Of a DNA stretch of 41,443 bases, positions 7,695-17,014 are shown piece after piece (within the stretch, counting starts at the first letter, position 1; each line of letters starts with the position of its first letter). A program made the translations under genes and the position numbers. The DNA comes from a bacterium (lineage in GTDB: Bacteria > Joyebacterota > Joyebacteria > Joyebacterales > Joyebacteraceae). Below the pieces are notes generated by a model that worked only from the letters and a program-made list of their open reading frames with translations, was not told the origin of the DNA and ran no database searches. The stretch lies in NCBI GenBank assembly GCA_025774645.1, contig JALGVN010000006.1, forward strand, positions 1 through 41,443. Reading direction: 5' to 3'.

Positions 7695-8942
7695 GTCCGA
7701 CTCCCCGGACGCGTCGCCGTCCTCGTCCTCGTACGTGTCGATCATCTTCACGGGGTTCGCCCGCAGAAACGACCGGTCGATCGCCTCGGTGAGAACTCTC
7801 CCGTCCATGTCGTCGGCGACGGGCATCCCCATGAGCGCGAGGATGGTCGGCGTGATGTCGAGCACGCTCACGTCCGCGAGCTCACCGCCCACGACGATGT
7901 CCTTGCCGGCGAACATTATGACACCGGTCGGGTCGTGCATTCTGATTCCGACGTGATACGTGCTGCCCGTCCACTCCGGGCCGGAGAAACCGTGATCCGA
8001 GGTTACGATGACGGTCGTGTTCTCATCGGCCAGGGCGAGGAACTCCGCGAGGACGGCGTCCATATACTCGTAGTACTTCGGGATGACATCCCCAAAGAGC
8101 TCGACCGACTCGTCCGTGGCGCCCGGCCCGGACTCTGGGAAGGTGTCGACCCAGAACATGTGACAGGGCGAGTCGACCGCGCGCAGGTAGACCGAGAAGA
8201 AGTCGACGGGCATCGCCGTGGCGAGATGCAGACCCGCGTGCCGGATCGTCTCGTCGGCGGCGATGAATCCCCTGAGGGCGTCGAACCTGGTGCCCGCAAC
8301 TCCGCCTCTCGGGATCGTTCCCCCGGTGAACTCGGCGGCCCGAGAGTCGGGAACGTCGGCGCCCTTCACGTGGAAGCGCGAGAGGTCGTCGGCAAGTCCC
8401 TCGGGGAACGTGATCGCGCTCGTCCTCTCTGCCTCAGACGGCTGCCCGAACACGAAGTAGTTCGAAACGAGGTACCCGTTCACGGGCACGGCGGGCCACG
8501 TCGCGAGCCATCCGATGATGCCGACCGAGACCCCGCTCTCCCCGAGAATTTCCCAGACGGTCTTCACCCTCCGGACGTTCCTCGTCACCGGCATCTGCTC
8601 GTGCCCGTCACCGTGCTCCCCGACCCCCCTGATCCCGTGTTTCTCCGGCACCTTGCCCGTCCCGATGCTCGTCCAGATCACGGGGGACTCGAGCACGTCG
8701 AGCGAGCGCACCTCCCCCCAGGTTCCTTCCTCGAGGAGCCTGGCGAAGGTGGGAAGCCGCCCGGAGTCGACGAGGGGCTCCATGAGGTCCCACTCCATCC
8801 CGTCGATTCCGATCAGCATGATCCTGCGATCGATCGGCTCGGGTTCGGCGCACGATGTGACGATGAACGGGAGGACCGATACCAGAGCAAGCAGCGCGAG
8901 TGCGCGCCGCCTCGTGGTCCCCCGTCGCGTCGATCTCCTCAA
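7623..8942 (-). CDS. AlkP-superfamily NPP-like lipoprotein (paralog P4), with LRSLGYIE tail
   Basis: 439 aa. TTG start follows a GGGAGG SD. Arg-rich n-region and lipobox IVTSC. Motifs: LIGIDGMEW, SPVIWTSIGTGKVPEKHG, GWLATWPA, RAVDSPCHMFW, TSDHGF, DITPTILALMGMPVADDMDGRVL. Ends EEPIESPLDDEVREQLRSLGYIE. Confidence 0.8.
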   Translation of the reverse strand: MRRSTRRGTTRRRALALLALVSVLPFIVTSCAEPEPIDRRIMLIGIDGMEWDLMEPLVDSGRLPTFARLLEEGTWGEVRSLDVLESPVIWTSIGTGKVPEKHGIRGVGEHGDGHEQMPVTRNVRRVKTVWEILGESGVSVGIIGWLATWPAVPVNGYLVSNYFVFGQPSEAERTSAITFPEGLADDLSRFHVKGADVPDSRAAEFTGGTIPRGGVAGTRFDALRGFIAADETIRHAGLHLATAMPVDFFSVYLRAVDSPCHMFWVDTFPESGPGATDESVELFGDVIPKYYEYMDAVLAEFLALADENTTVIVTSDHGFSGPEWTGSTYHVGIRMHDPTGVIMFAGKDIVVGGELADVSVLDITPTILALMGMPVADDMDGRVLTEAIDRSFLRANPVKMIDTYEDEDGDASGESDEEPIESPLDDEVREQLRSLGYIE

Positions 8943-8989
8943 GTCAGCCTCCCGTCGGGCCTCAGCCCTCAGAGCCCGGCCCGCGCTGC

Positions 8990-10294
8990 CTAGTTCGGAT
9001 CCGTCTGCTCGTACGTGGCGATCTCCGTCGCGGACTGCTCGGAGAGGAAGCCTGGCTCGAACGCCTCATCGATCACGCGGCCGTCCATGTCGCCAGCCAC
9101 CGGCAGCCCGTAGAGGGCGAGGATCGTGGGAGTGAGGTCGTACACCTCGGCCTCCTCGATCCTGACGCCTTCCCTGATGCCCTTGCCCGCCATGACGAGG
9201 ATGCCGGTCGGGCCGTGCTCGTTGATGCCGCCCCGCTTGCGATCGGGCTGCGGACCCTCGAAGCCGTGGTCCGAGCACACGATCACTCTTGTCCCTTCGC
9301 CGAAGGCGTCGATGAGCTCGCCCAGCATCTCGTCGGCGTACTCGTAGTAGTTGTCGACCGTCTCCCCGAAGACGCGCTGGTACGTGTGTGAGACCCTGAG
9401 TCCCGCGTCGTCGGGGTTCGCGGACGCCCAGAACTTGTGGGACGCGGAGTCGACGCCGCGGAGGTACACGACGCAGACGTCCGTCGGATGCTTCTCCATC
9501 AGGTGCTTCGACGTCGAGAGGAACGTCATGTCGCCGGCGATGAAAAGCCTGAGCTGCGAGAGCATCTGTTCGATCGCGTCGATTTCGCGCATCTCGACGA
9601 AGAGTTCCTCTCTCGGGAGCTCTCTTGCCTCGTCCTTCGTGAGCGCTCTCCCGGGCGAGGCGAACCTCTCGAGCTCTTCGGCGGCGAGCGACTCACCGGC
9701 CACTCGAAAGCCCTCGACCTCGTCGAGGAGCTCGTCCGGGTAGGTCAGCTTCTCAGTCAGCCCCTTGCCGGGTTTCGGCACTATGCGGAAATAGTCGGTG
9801 ACCATGTATCCGTTCAGCGGCTCGGCCGGCCAGCTCACGAGCCAGCCAACGACCGTGCAGGTCGTCCCATCTTCCCCGAGGATGTCCCAGAACGTACGCG
9901 CCGTCCGCATGTTGCTCGTCATGAGCTTGTCGGAGTCCGGAGTCACGTAGTCGTTGATCCCGTGCTTCGCCGGCTTCTTCCCTGTCGCGATGCTCGTCCA
10001 GATGACCGGAGACTTCTGCGGCGGGTCGAGCGACTTCAATCCGCACGAGACGCCGCGCGACATGAGCCGCTCCAGATTGGGGAGCCTCCCCTGCTCGAGG
10101 AGAGGGTCGATGACCTTCCAGTCCGCGGAGTCGATCCCCACCACGAGGAGCCGTCTGTCGGGCGAAGAACGCGCTCCCCCGCAGCCTCCGATCACGGCGG
10201 CCAGAAGGACGACGAGAAGGATGCCTGCCGTCGCCAGGGCGGCCGCGCCTCCCGGTGCTCCTCGTCCGGCATCAGATCTGAGGTGTCTTCGCAT
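8990..10294 (-). CDS. AlkP-superfamily NPP-like lipoprotein (paralog P5), no tail
   Basis: 434 aa. Lipobox VIGGC. Motifs: VVGIDSADW, SPVIWTSIATGKKPAKHG, GWLVSWPA, RGVDSASHKFW, CSDHGF, DLTPTILALYGLPVAGDMDGRVI. It stops at ...EIATYEQTDPN, exactly where the acidic linker and tail begin in P1, P3, P4 and P6. Confidence 0.8.
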   Translation of the reverse strand: MRRHLRSDAGRGAPGGAAALATAGILLVVLLAAVIGGCGGARSSPDRRLLVVGIDSADWKVIDPLLEQGRLPNLERLMSRGVSCGLKSLDPPQKSPVIWTSIATGKKPAKHGINDYVTPDSDKLMTSNMRTARTFWDILGEDGTTCTVVGWLVSWPAEPLNGYMVTDYFRIVPKPGKGLTEKLTYPDELLDEVEGFRVAGESLAAEELERFASPGRALTKDEARELPREELFVEMREIDAIEQMLSQLRLFIAGDMTFLSTSKHLMEKHPTDVCVVYLRGVDSASHKFWASANPDDAGLRVSHTYQRVFGETVDNYYEYADEMLGELIDAFGEGTRVIVCSDHGFEGPQPDRKRGGINEHGPTGILVMAGKGIREGVRIEEAEVYDLTPTILALYGLPVAGDMDGRVIDEAFEPGFLSEQSATEIATYEQTDPN

Positions 10295-10378
10295 TGCGAC
10301 AGACCTCCATCATGAATGGAGCCCGGAGACCGACGGACGCGCGCGCCGCTCACTTCGGACCAGCGCCCGGGCTCAGTG

Positions 10379-10450
10379 CTATTCGATGTAGCCGAGCGAC
10401 CTCAGTCGCTCCTTGATCTCCTCGTCGACCGGGGACTCAATCGGCGCGCC
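10379..10450 (-). repeat. copy 4 of the tail-coding segment (GAPIESPVDEEIKERLRSLGYIE*)
   Basis: Plus-strand ctattcgatgtagccgagcgacctcagtcgctccttgatctcctcgtcgaccgg... Confidence 0.8.
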
Positions 10451-11728
10451 CTCGGCGTCGGGTTCGTCCGTCTCGTAGGTGTCGACGTACTCCACCGGGT
10501 GGCGCTTCAGGAACCCCTCGTCGATGATGTCGGTCAGGACGTAGCCGTCCATGTCCCTCGCGACCGGCTCCCCGAGGAGCGCCAACACGGTCGGCGTGAT
10601 GTCCATGACGCTCGCGTCGTCTGTGCGCTCGGACGACGCGGCGATCGTTGGCCCGGCGACAGCGAAGACGCCGATCGGCCTGTGCATCCACGTCCCGAGG
10701 TGGAGGCCCTGCCGGTCGCGGTACGGCCCGCGGAAGCCGTGGTCGGAGAGGACCATCACGGTCGTGCCCTCGTCGAGACGCTCGACGATCTCTCCGATGA
10801 TCGTGTCGATGCGCTCGTAGTAGCGCGGGATGAGACTCGAGAACGTGTCGATGAACTCCTGGGACATGATGAGATCGACGGTCGACGGGTCCATCTGCGC
10901 CCAGTAGCGGTGGCAGCAGATGTCGACGCCGTTCAGGTAGACGCCGAGGAAGTCGGGCGTGCCCCTCGATTCGAGGAGGTACTTGACGGTCTGACGGACC
11001 GTCTCGTCCGCGGCGTAGATCTCCCGGAACCCCTCGACTCCGCCGTAGATGTCCCAGCCCTCGGCGGTCGCCCAGTCGTCGCCGTTCATGAAGTAGGCGA
11101 TCTCCTCGTCGCTCGTCTCGCTCACCGGCTTCGCGTACTCCGCCAGCTCGGGACCGAGCTCGGGCGGATACGCGACGTACTCGATCTCCTCGAACCCGTC
11201 GGCGGCCGCGTAGCCGATCCTGTTGCTCACCCAGTATCCGTTCGCGGGCTTCGCCGGCCAGCTCACCATCCAGTTGACGACGCCGACCGAGTAGTCCCGA
11301 TCGCCGAGGATGGTCCAAACGGGAAGCACGCGCCAGCCGAGCGAGTTGTAGAGCGGCGCCTCGTCCGTGCCCTCGATGAAGTCCGAGATCCCGTGCTTCC
11401 GGGGCGACTTCCCGGTCGCGATCGTGGTCCATATGGTCGGCGACTTCGTCTTCGGTTCGAGCGAGTGGAAGTCGCGCGAGACCCCGTCCTCGATGATCTT
11501 CGCGAGGTTCGGCATCCGCCCCTCGGCAATGAGCGGGTCGGCCAGGTTCCAGTCCATCCCGTCGATCCCGATGATCACGACCTTGTTGCCGGTGTCCGCG
11601 TCGCCCCCACAGCCGCCTCCGAGCGTCGCGGCCAGAACGAGCGCCGTGAGCGCGAGCCGGCCGAGCGTGCGGCGTGCGCGCGTGCGCCCGCCGGCCCGCC
11701 GTCGTTTCGCTGGGTGGATCGTCATCAT
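10379..11728 (-). CDS. AlkP-superfamily NPP-like lipoprotein (paralog P6), with LRSLGYIE tail
   Basis: 449 aa. Two tandem ATGs follow a GGGAGGA SD and overlap the glyS stop (ATGATGA). Lipobox LGGGC. Motifs: IIGIDGMDW, SPTIWTTIATGKSPRKHG, NWMVSWPA, NGVDICCHRYW, LSDHGF, DITPTVLALLGEPVARDMDGYVL. Ends GAPIESPVDEEIKERLRSLGYIE. Confidence 0.8.
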   Translation of the reverse strand: MMTIHPAKRRRAGGRTRARRTLGRLALTALVLAATLGGGCGGDADTGNKVVIIGIDGMDWNLADPLIAEGRMPNLAKIIEDGVSRDFHSLEPKTKSPTIWTTIATGKSPRKHGISDFIEGTDEAPLYNSLGWRVLPVWTILGDRDYSVGVVNWMVSWPAKPANGYWVSNRIGYAAADGFEEIEYVAYPPELGPELAEYAKPVSETSDEEIAYFMNGDDWATAEGWDIYGGVEGFREIYAADETVRQTVKYLLESRGTPDFLGVYLNGVDICCHRYWAQMDPSTVDLIMSQEFIDTFSSLIPRYYERIDTIIGEIVERLDEGTTVMVLSDHGFRGPYRDRQGLHLGTWMHRPIGVFAVAGPTIAASSERTDDASVMDITPTVLALLGEPVARDMDGYVLTDIIDEGFLKRHPVEYVDTYETDEPDAEGAPIESPVDEEIKERLRSLGYIE

Positions 11729-13812
11729 GCGTCCTCCCGGTCCTCCCCCTCGAGCACGACCTTGGCGAAGTCGGCGATGGTGAGGAAGAGGTCCCGCACC
11801 CCGGCGAGCAGTCCGAGCCTGGCGGACTTGAGACGCTCGTCGTCGACCATGACCATGACGTCGTCGAAGAATGTGTCGATCGGCTTCCTCAGATTCAGAA
11901 GCTCGCGCACCGCGACATCGTAGTCGCCGGCCGCTGTCGCCTTCCCGACGGCGGCGGCCGCCTTCACCCTTTCGTCCTCGAGCGCCTTCGACGAAGGCTC
12001 CACCAGGGCGCTCGGATCGTGCGCGTGCCCTTCCTGACCCTTCAGGATGTTCATCACGCGTCGGGCTCCGATCACGAGGCCTTCGAAGTCATCGGCCGCC
12101 CTGAAGTGCGTCAGCGCCTCGATCCTCGGCCGCACGCCGACGAGATCGTCGAACGACGCCTCGAGCACGGCATCGACGAGATCGTACGAGTACCCGGCGT
12201 CGATGAAGAAGTTGCGCGCGCGCTGCCGTACGAAGTCGAGCACTCCCGCTGCGATCTCGGACGACCCGGCGTCCTCGACGCCGTGTCCCTCGGCCGCGAC
12301 CGCGACCAGCTCGGCCAGCGAGAGCGCGAGCCCCTTCTCGTCGATCATGCGGACGAGGCCGATGGCCTGGCGACGGAGCGCGTAGGGGTCCTGCGACCCC
12401 GTGGGGACGAGTCCGGCGGAGAAACAGCCGACGATCGAATCGAGCCTGTCCGCGATGCTCAAGATGAGTCCCGGTTCGGTCTCCGGCAAGCTGTCTCCGG
12501 CGAATCTCGGCAGATAGTGCTCGTAGATGGCCGTGGCGACCGCCTCGGGCTCGTTCGACATCATCGCGTACTCGCGGCCCATGATTCCCTGGAGCTCGGT
12601 GAACTCCTTGCCGTCCCTGACCATCTCGGTGACGAGGTCCGCCTTCGCGAGCCGCGCGGCCCGAACGGCGGCGTCCGCGTCCTCCGACCCGAGCCGCTCG
12701 GCGATGTCCCCGGCCAACGCCTCGAGCCTCTCTGCCTTCTCGTAGAGCGTGCCGAGACCCTCCAGCCAGACGACGTTCTTGAGCGCGTCGACCTTGTCCG
12801 CGAGTGCCGTCCTCGTGTCTTCCTTCCAGTAGAACTCCGCGTCGGCGAGCCGCGACTCGAGCACACGCTCGTTCCCGCGGCGGACGCTGTCGACGTGATC
12901 CGGCGGCCCATTCATGACGCAGAGGAAGCGCGGGAGGAGCCGGCCGTCTCCCGACTCGATCGCGAAGTAACGCTGGTGTCCCTTCATCGCGGCGACCACC
13001 ACGTCCTTCGGAAGCTCGACGAATCGCTCGTCGAAGCGGCCGACGAAGACGGTCGGATGCTCGACGAGGTAGGTCACTTCCTCGAGGAGGTCGTCGTCCG
13101 GGACGGCGGTCCCACCGCACTCCGCGGCGGCACGGCCGACCGATTCCCTGATGGTCTCGCGGCGCACGTCGGCGTCGGCGACGACGTAGGCGCGCTCGAG
13201 AACCTCGAGGTAGTCCCCCGCACCGGTGATCCGGTGCGGACCCGGCGCCCAGAACCGCAACCCGAACGTCGCGTTCCCGGCCCGGACGCCCGCGTACTCC
13301 AGTTCGAGGACGTCGTCCCCGAGGAGCGCGACGAGCCAGCGTATCGGACGGCCGAACCGCGTCCCGTGTCCCCAGTGCATGGTCTTCGGGAAGCCGATCG
13401 CCCCGATGGCCGCAGCGAGATGCTCGGGAAGAACGTCGGTCGCGGAGCGTCCCTCGTCGGTCACCTCCACCTGAACGTAATCTCCTTCGACCTCGAGGTC
13501 GGCGACCTCGACACCCTGCGACTTCGCGAACCCGAGCGCGGCCTTCGTCGGGGAACCGTCCTCGGCGAACGCGACCTTTGCAGGAGGCCCGGTCACCGTA
13601 CGCACGCGCGTCTCCTGGCCCTCGGCGACGCCGGGGCAGACGATCGCGATTCGCCTGGGAGTCGCGTACGTGCGGATCCCGTCGGCGTCGAAGGCGAGCC
13701 GCGCCGCGTCGAGCTCCCGCGCGAGCGCGTCTCTGAGGTCCTCGACCGCGGGCGCGACGTAGGTCGCCGGGAGTTCTTCCATCCCGATCTCCAGGAAGAG
13801 GTCTCTGGCCAT
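11725..13812 (-). CDS. glyS: glycine--tRNA ligase beta subunit
   Basis: 695 aa. N-terminus [16 protein letters not shown] is typical of GlyS. The start overlaps the glyQ stop (TAATG). It sits directly downstream of glyQ. Confidence 0.93.
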   Translation of the reverse strand: MARDLFLEIGMEELPATYVAPAVEDLRDALARELDAARLAFDADGIRTYATPRRIAIVCPGVAEGQETRVRTVTGPPAKVAFAEDGSPTKAALGFAKSQGVEVADLEVEGDYVQVEVTDEGRSATDVLPEHLAAAIGAIGFPKTMHWGHGTRFGRPIRWLVALLGDDVLELEYAGVRAGNATFGLRFWAPGPHRITGAGDYLEVLERAYVVADADVRRETIRESVGRAAAECGGTAVPDDDLLEEVTYLVEHPTVFVGRFDERFVELPKDVVVAAMKGHQRYFAIESGDGRLLPRFLCVMNGPPDHVDSVRRGNERVLESRLADAEFYWKEDTRTALADKVDALKNVVWLEGLGTLYEKAERLEALAGDIAERLGSEDADAAVRAARLAKADLVTEMVRDGKEFTELQGIMGREYAMMSNEPEAVATAIYEHYLPRFAGDSLPETEPGLILSIADRLDSIVGCFSAGLVPTGSQDPYALRRQAIGLVRMIDEKGLALSLAELVAVAAEGHGVEDAGSSEIAAGVLDFVRQRARNFFIDAGYSYDLVDAVLEASFDDLVGVRPRIEALTHFRAADDFEGLVIGARRVMNILKGQEGHAHDPSALVEPSSKALEDERVKAAAAVGKATAAGDYDVAVRELLNLRKPIDTFFDDVMVMVDDERLKSARLGLLAGVRDLFLTIADFAKVVLEGEDREDA

Positions 13813-14780
13813 TACTTCGTCCCCCCTTCCCGGTTCGGCGCATCGCCGCTCCGCCCGTCACCGTCCCGCGCGCCGGTCTCCTCTCCTCCCCCGCCCGGGA
13901 GGAGCGGGAAGCCGAGTTCCTTCCTGAATTCGACGTAGTGGAGCGCCGCCTTGCGCGCGAGCTTCCGAACCCTTCCGATATACCCCGTGCGCTCGCTGAC
14001 GCTGATGGCCCCGCGCGCGTCGAGGACGTTGAACGTGTGCGAGCACAGGAGCACGTACTCGTAGGCGGGCCCGATGAGGTCCAGGTCGAAGAGCCTGAAC
14101 GCCTCGGACTCCGCTTTGTCGAAGAGCTCGCGGTGGAACGGGACGTCGGCTTCCTCGAAGTGGTACTTCGAGAAATCGATCTCGAGCCGCTTCTGAATCT
14201 CCCCGAACTTCACGCCGGGGGCCCAGTCGAGGTCGAAGAAGCTGTCGACGCCCTGCAGGAACGTCCCGAGCCTTCCGAGACCGTAGGTGATCTCGACCGA
14301 CGGCACCTCGAGGTCGAACCCTCCGACCTGCTGGAAATAGGTGAACTGCGTGATCTCCATCCCGTCGATCCAGATCTCCCACCCGAGACCGGCCGCGCCG
14401 AGCGTCGGGGACTCCCAGTCGTCCTTGACGAGCCTGATGTCGTGCTCCTTGAGAACGATTCCGAGCGTCTCGAGACTGGCGAAGTAGATGTCGAGCACGT
14501 CGTCGGGCGGTGGCTTCAGAAGAACCTGGTACTGGAGGAACTGCTGCATGCGGATCGGGTTCGCGCCGTAGCGTCCGTCCTTCGGACGGCGGGAGGGCTC
14601 GACGTACGCGACCTTCCACGGCTCCGGTCCCAGCGACCGCAGGAACGTCGACGGGTTGAAGGTGCCGGCTCCGACGGTCGCGTTGTACGGCTGCGCAATG
14701 ATGCAGCCGTAGTCCGCCCAGTACTGCTGCAGCCGGAGTATGACGTCCTGAAACACGAGTCCAGTGCGATCAGTCTTCAT
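13812..14780 (-). CDS. glyQ: glycine--tRNA ligase alpha subunit, with a ~30-aa Gly/Arg/Glu-rich C-terminal extension
   Basis: 322 aa. [24 protein letters not shown]...GAGTFNP...[11 protein letters not shown] matches GlyQ throughout. Confidence 0.95.
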   Translation of the reverse strand: MKTDRTGLVFQDVILRLQQYWADYGCIIAQPYNATVGAGTFNPSTFLRSLGPEPWKVAYVEPSRRPKDGRYGANPIRMQQFLQYQVLLKPPPDDVLDIYFASLETLGIVLKEHDIRLVKDDWESPTLGAAGLGWEIWIDGMEITQFTYFQQVGGFDLEVPSVEITYGLGRLGTFLQGVDSFFDLDWAPGVKFGEIQKRLEIDFSKYHFEEADVPFHRELFDKAESEAFRLFDLDLIGPAYEYVLLCSHTFNVLDARGAISVSERTGYIGRVRKLARKAALHYVEFRKELGFPLLPGGGGEETGARDGDGRSGDAPNREGGTK

Positions 14781-15567
14781 CGTGTTGATCCGGTTCGGTT
14801 TCCGAGCGCTCCATCCTCCTGACCTGAGCCAGGAAGTCGATCGATCTCAGTCTCAGGGAGCGTCCCGCGTGCTCCCCGAGGAAATCTCGCAGGGTGTCCC
14901 CGATCTCATCCCGGACGACGGCGTCGAGCGAGCCGCTCGCGACACCCTCTCCCCCCGCCAGGGCCGCGATCGCGGCCGACGCCGCCGCGCCCGCGACCGG
15001 GACTCCCGCCCGTGTGGCAAGGCAGCCGTCGCAGACGACGCCTCCGTGGCGAGGGGCGAACCGCGCGTCACCGCCGGGGTCGTTCCCGCAGAGGACGCAC
15101 CGCCCGAACTCGGGAGTGTACCCGAGCTCTCGCGCGAGGGCGAGCTCGAACCTCCAGAGAGCGCCGTCCAGTTCGGCCTCCGGCGCGGAGTCGATCTCGT
15201 CGAGCGCGCCGACGATTACTCCGAAGAGCCGGGGATCGGGCTCTTCCCCCGACACGAGCTTGTCCACAAGCTCGGCGACCGCGCTCCCGTACGCCATCCG
15301 GACGACGTCACGGCGGAGCTCCGGGAACTCGCGCTCGACCTCGGCCTGAGAGACGAGCGAGAGGTCCTTCCCCTCGCGCCGGTAGAAGACGACCCCGGAG
15401 ACCAGAAGAGGCTCCAGGGCGGCGCCGAGACGGCCCCCTCCCTTGCGCGCTCCCTTCGCTACGAGGCGCACCTTGCCGAAGTTGTCAGTATAGCATACGA
15501 CGATGCTGCTCGTCTCACCGAGCCTGTAGGTGCGCAGCACGACCGCCCGCGACTCGACGAGCGCCAT
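14770..15567 (-). CDS. recO: DNA repair protein RecO
   Basis: I place the start at ATG 15567 ([20 protein letters not shown]...), preceded by a GGAGGGGG SD. The 105 upstream codons of the track ORF are Arg/His-rich junk and overlap mgtE. The Zn motif CVLCG...CDGC is present. Confidence 0.85.
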   Translation of the reverse strand: MALVESRAVVLRTYRLGETSSIVVCYTDNFGKVRLVAKGARKGGGRLGAALEPLLVSGVVFYRREGKDLSLVSQAEVEREFPELRRDVVRMAYGSAVAELVDKLVSGEEPDPRLFGVIVGALDEIDSAPEAELDGALWRFELALARELGYTPEFGRCVLCGNDPGGDARFAPRHGGVVCDGCLATRAGVPVAGAAASAAIAALAGGEGVASGSLDAVVRDEIGDTLRDFLGEHAGRSLRLRSIDFLAQVRRMERSETEPDQHDED

Positions 15568-15599
15568 TCCCCCTCCTGCCGCCCGCGCGGCGGGGAGCG

Positions 15600-16943
15600 C
15601 TACCCGAGCCTCTCGATGAACGTGGTCGCGAGGCTGAGGTAGACGAGTATCCCGATGATGTCGTTCAGCGTGGTCACGAACGGACCCTGCGCGACGGCGG
15701 GGTCGATGCCGATGCGTCTGAGCGCGAACGGCATCACCGTGCCGAGCGTGGCCGCCACGAGAATCACAGTGGCGAGCGAGCCCCCGACGACCGCCGCGAG
15801 ATGCCAGTCGCCGAGCCAGAGTCCCACGATCAGGAAGATGGCGCTGCCCAGGATGACGGCGTTGGTGATCGCGACCCTCCACTCACGGAGCAGCCGCTCG
15901 CGCGTCTCGCCGGCGATTCGGCGGTCGGTCCTCATGCTCCGGACGATGATCGTCGACGTCTGGAGCCCCACGTTCCCGCCCATCGCCGTGATGACGGGCA
16001 CGAAGAACGCGAGGGCCAGCACCTTCTCGAGGGAGAGACGGAAGTAGTTCATCACCGTGGCCGATCCGAGCCCGCCCAGCGCTCCCACCACTAGCCAGGG
16101 CAACCGAATCCGGGAGACGCGGAGCGCGGAGTCCTCGTGGAACTCCTCCTCCCTCGTTCCGGCCATGATGCTGATGTCTTCCTCCGCCTCCTCGTGCATG
16201 ACGTCCATGATGTCGTCGACGGTGATCCGTCCTGCGAGCGTCCCGTCCGGATCCACCACCGGGATAGCGACGAGGTCGTACTTCCTGAAGACATCCGCGA
16301 CGTCCTCCTGGTCCATGTCGGCGGAGACCGTGACGACGTCGTGCTCCATCACGTCCGCGATGCGGGCGCCCCGCGGTGCGAGGACGAGCGTTCGGAGTGA
16401 GATTACTCCACGGAGTCTGCGTTCGCGGTCGGTGACGTAGACGTTGTGGATCTCGTCGAGCTCGTCGGCGGCCTCCCGGATCATCGCGATTGCGTCGTCG
16501 ACGCTGGCATCCCGGTTGACGTAGACGAGCTCCGCCGTCATGATGCCGCCCGCTGATTCCTCGGTGTACTGGAGGAGGTCCTCGACGGCCTTGCGATCGC
16601 TCTCTTCCAGCTTCGCGAGGACCTCGTCCCTCTTGGGCTCCTCGAGCGCGCCGATGACGTCGGCGGCGTCGTCCGACTCGAGCTCTCCGGCGACCCCTGC
16701 GATCTCCGGAGCGTTGAGGATGGCGAGCACCTCGGCCTGCGTGTGCTCGTCGAGGTTCACGAGGACGTCGGCCGCCGTCTGCTGGTCCAGCTGGCGCAGG
16801 ACCCTCGTCACCATCTCGACCTCGACGCGTTCGAGTGACGCGGCGATGTCAGCCGGATGGAGTCCCGTGAGCTTCCCCGCCATCGACTCGGGCGAGCTCT
16901 CGGGATCGAGGTGGACAACGTTGTCGTTGTGGTGCTCGACCAT
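15600..16943 (-). CDS. mgtE: magnesium transporter MgtE
   Basis: 447 aa with an N-domain, tandem CBS region and a C-terminal 5-TM domain ending ...PFVTTLNDIIGILVYLSLA. Confidence 0.9.
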   Translation of the reverse strand: MVEHHNDNVVHLDPESSPESMAGKLTGLHPADIAASLERVEVEMVTRVLRQLDQQTAADVLVNLDEHTQAEVLAILNAPEIAGVAGELESDDAADVIGALEEPKRDEVLAKLEESDRKAVEDLLQYTEESAGGIMTAELVYVNRDASVDDAIAMIREAADELDEIHNVYVTDRERRLRGVISLRTLVLAPRGARIADVMEHDVVTVSADMDQEDVADVFRKYDLVAIPVVDPDGTLAGRITVDDIMDVMHEEAEEDISIMAGTREEEFHEDSALRVSRIRLPWLVVGALGGLGSATVMNYFRLSLEKVLALAFFVPVITAMGGNVGLQTSTIIVRSMRTDRRIAGETRERLLREWRVAITNAVILGSAIFLIVGLWLGDWHLAAVVGGSLATVILVAATLGTVMPFALRRIGIDPAVAQGPFVTTLNDIIGILVYLSLATTFIERLG

Positions 16944-17014
16944 CGATTCGTCCTCGGACGCGAACGGTGAGACCGCGGGTGCGCCCCGGGGTCGCCGCCC
17001 GGAGGCGGTCCGTT

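Noticed and set aside
6201-8993. 930-aa plus-strand ORF spanning the P3-P4 region
   Set aside because: It lies antisense to two well-supported genes. Its composition is dominated by R/D/E/P/H/G with no recognisable motif. This is a typical shadow ORF of a high-GC genome.
11674-13938. 754-aa plus-strand ORF opposite glyS, plus the alternative minus-frame ORF 12089..13861
   Set aside because: glyS is unambiguous in its own frame. Both alternatives are low-complexity Arg/Gly-rich translations.
15568-15882. N-terminal extension of the recO track ORF, and analogous extensions of hypA (34095..34580), hypE (35195..35350) and vanZ-like (31025..31480)
   Set aside because: The extensions are Arg/His/Gly-rich and overlap upstream genes. 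Each is replaced by an internal start that has an SD and an N-terminus typical of its family.
16944-17014. M-box (Mg2+) riboswitch upstream of mgtE
   Set aside because: The intergenic gap is only 71 nt and contains a single short hairpin, far too small for an M-box aptamer.
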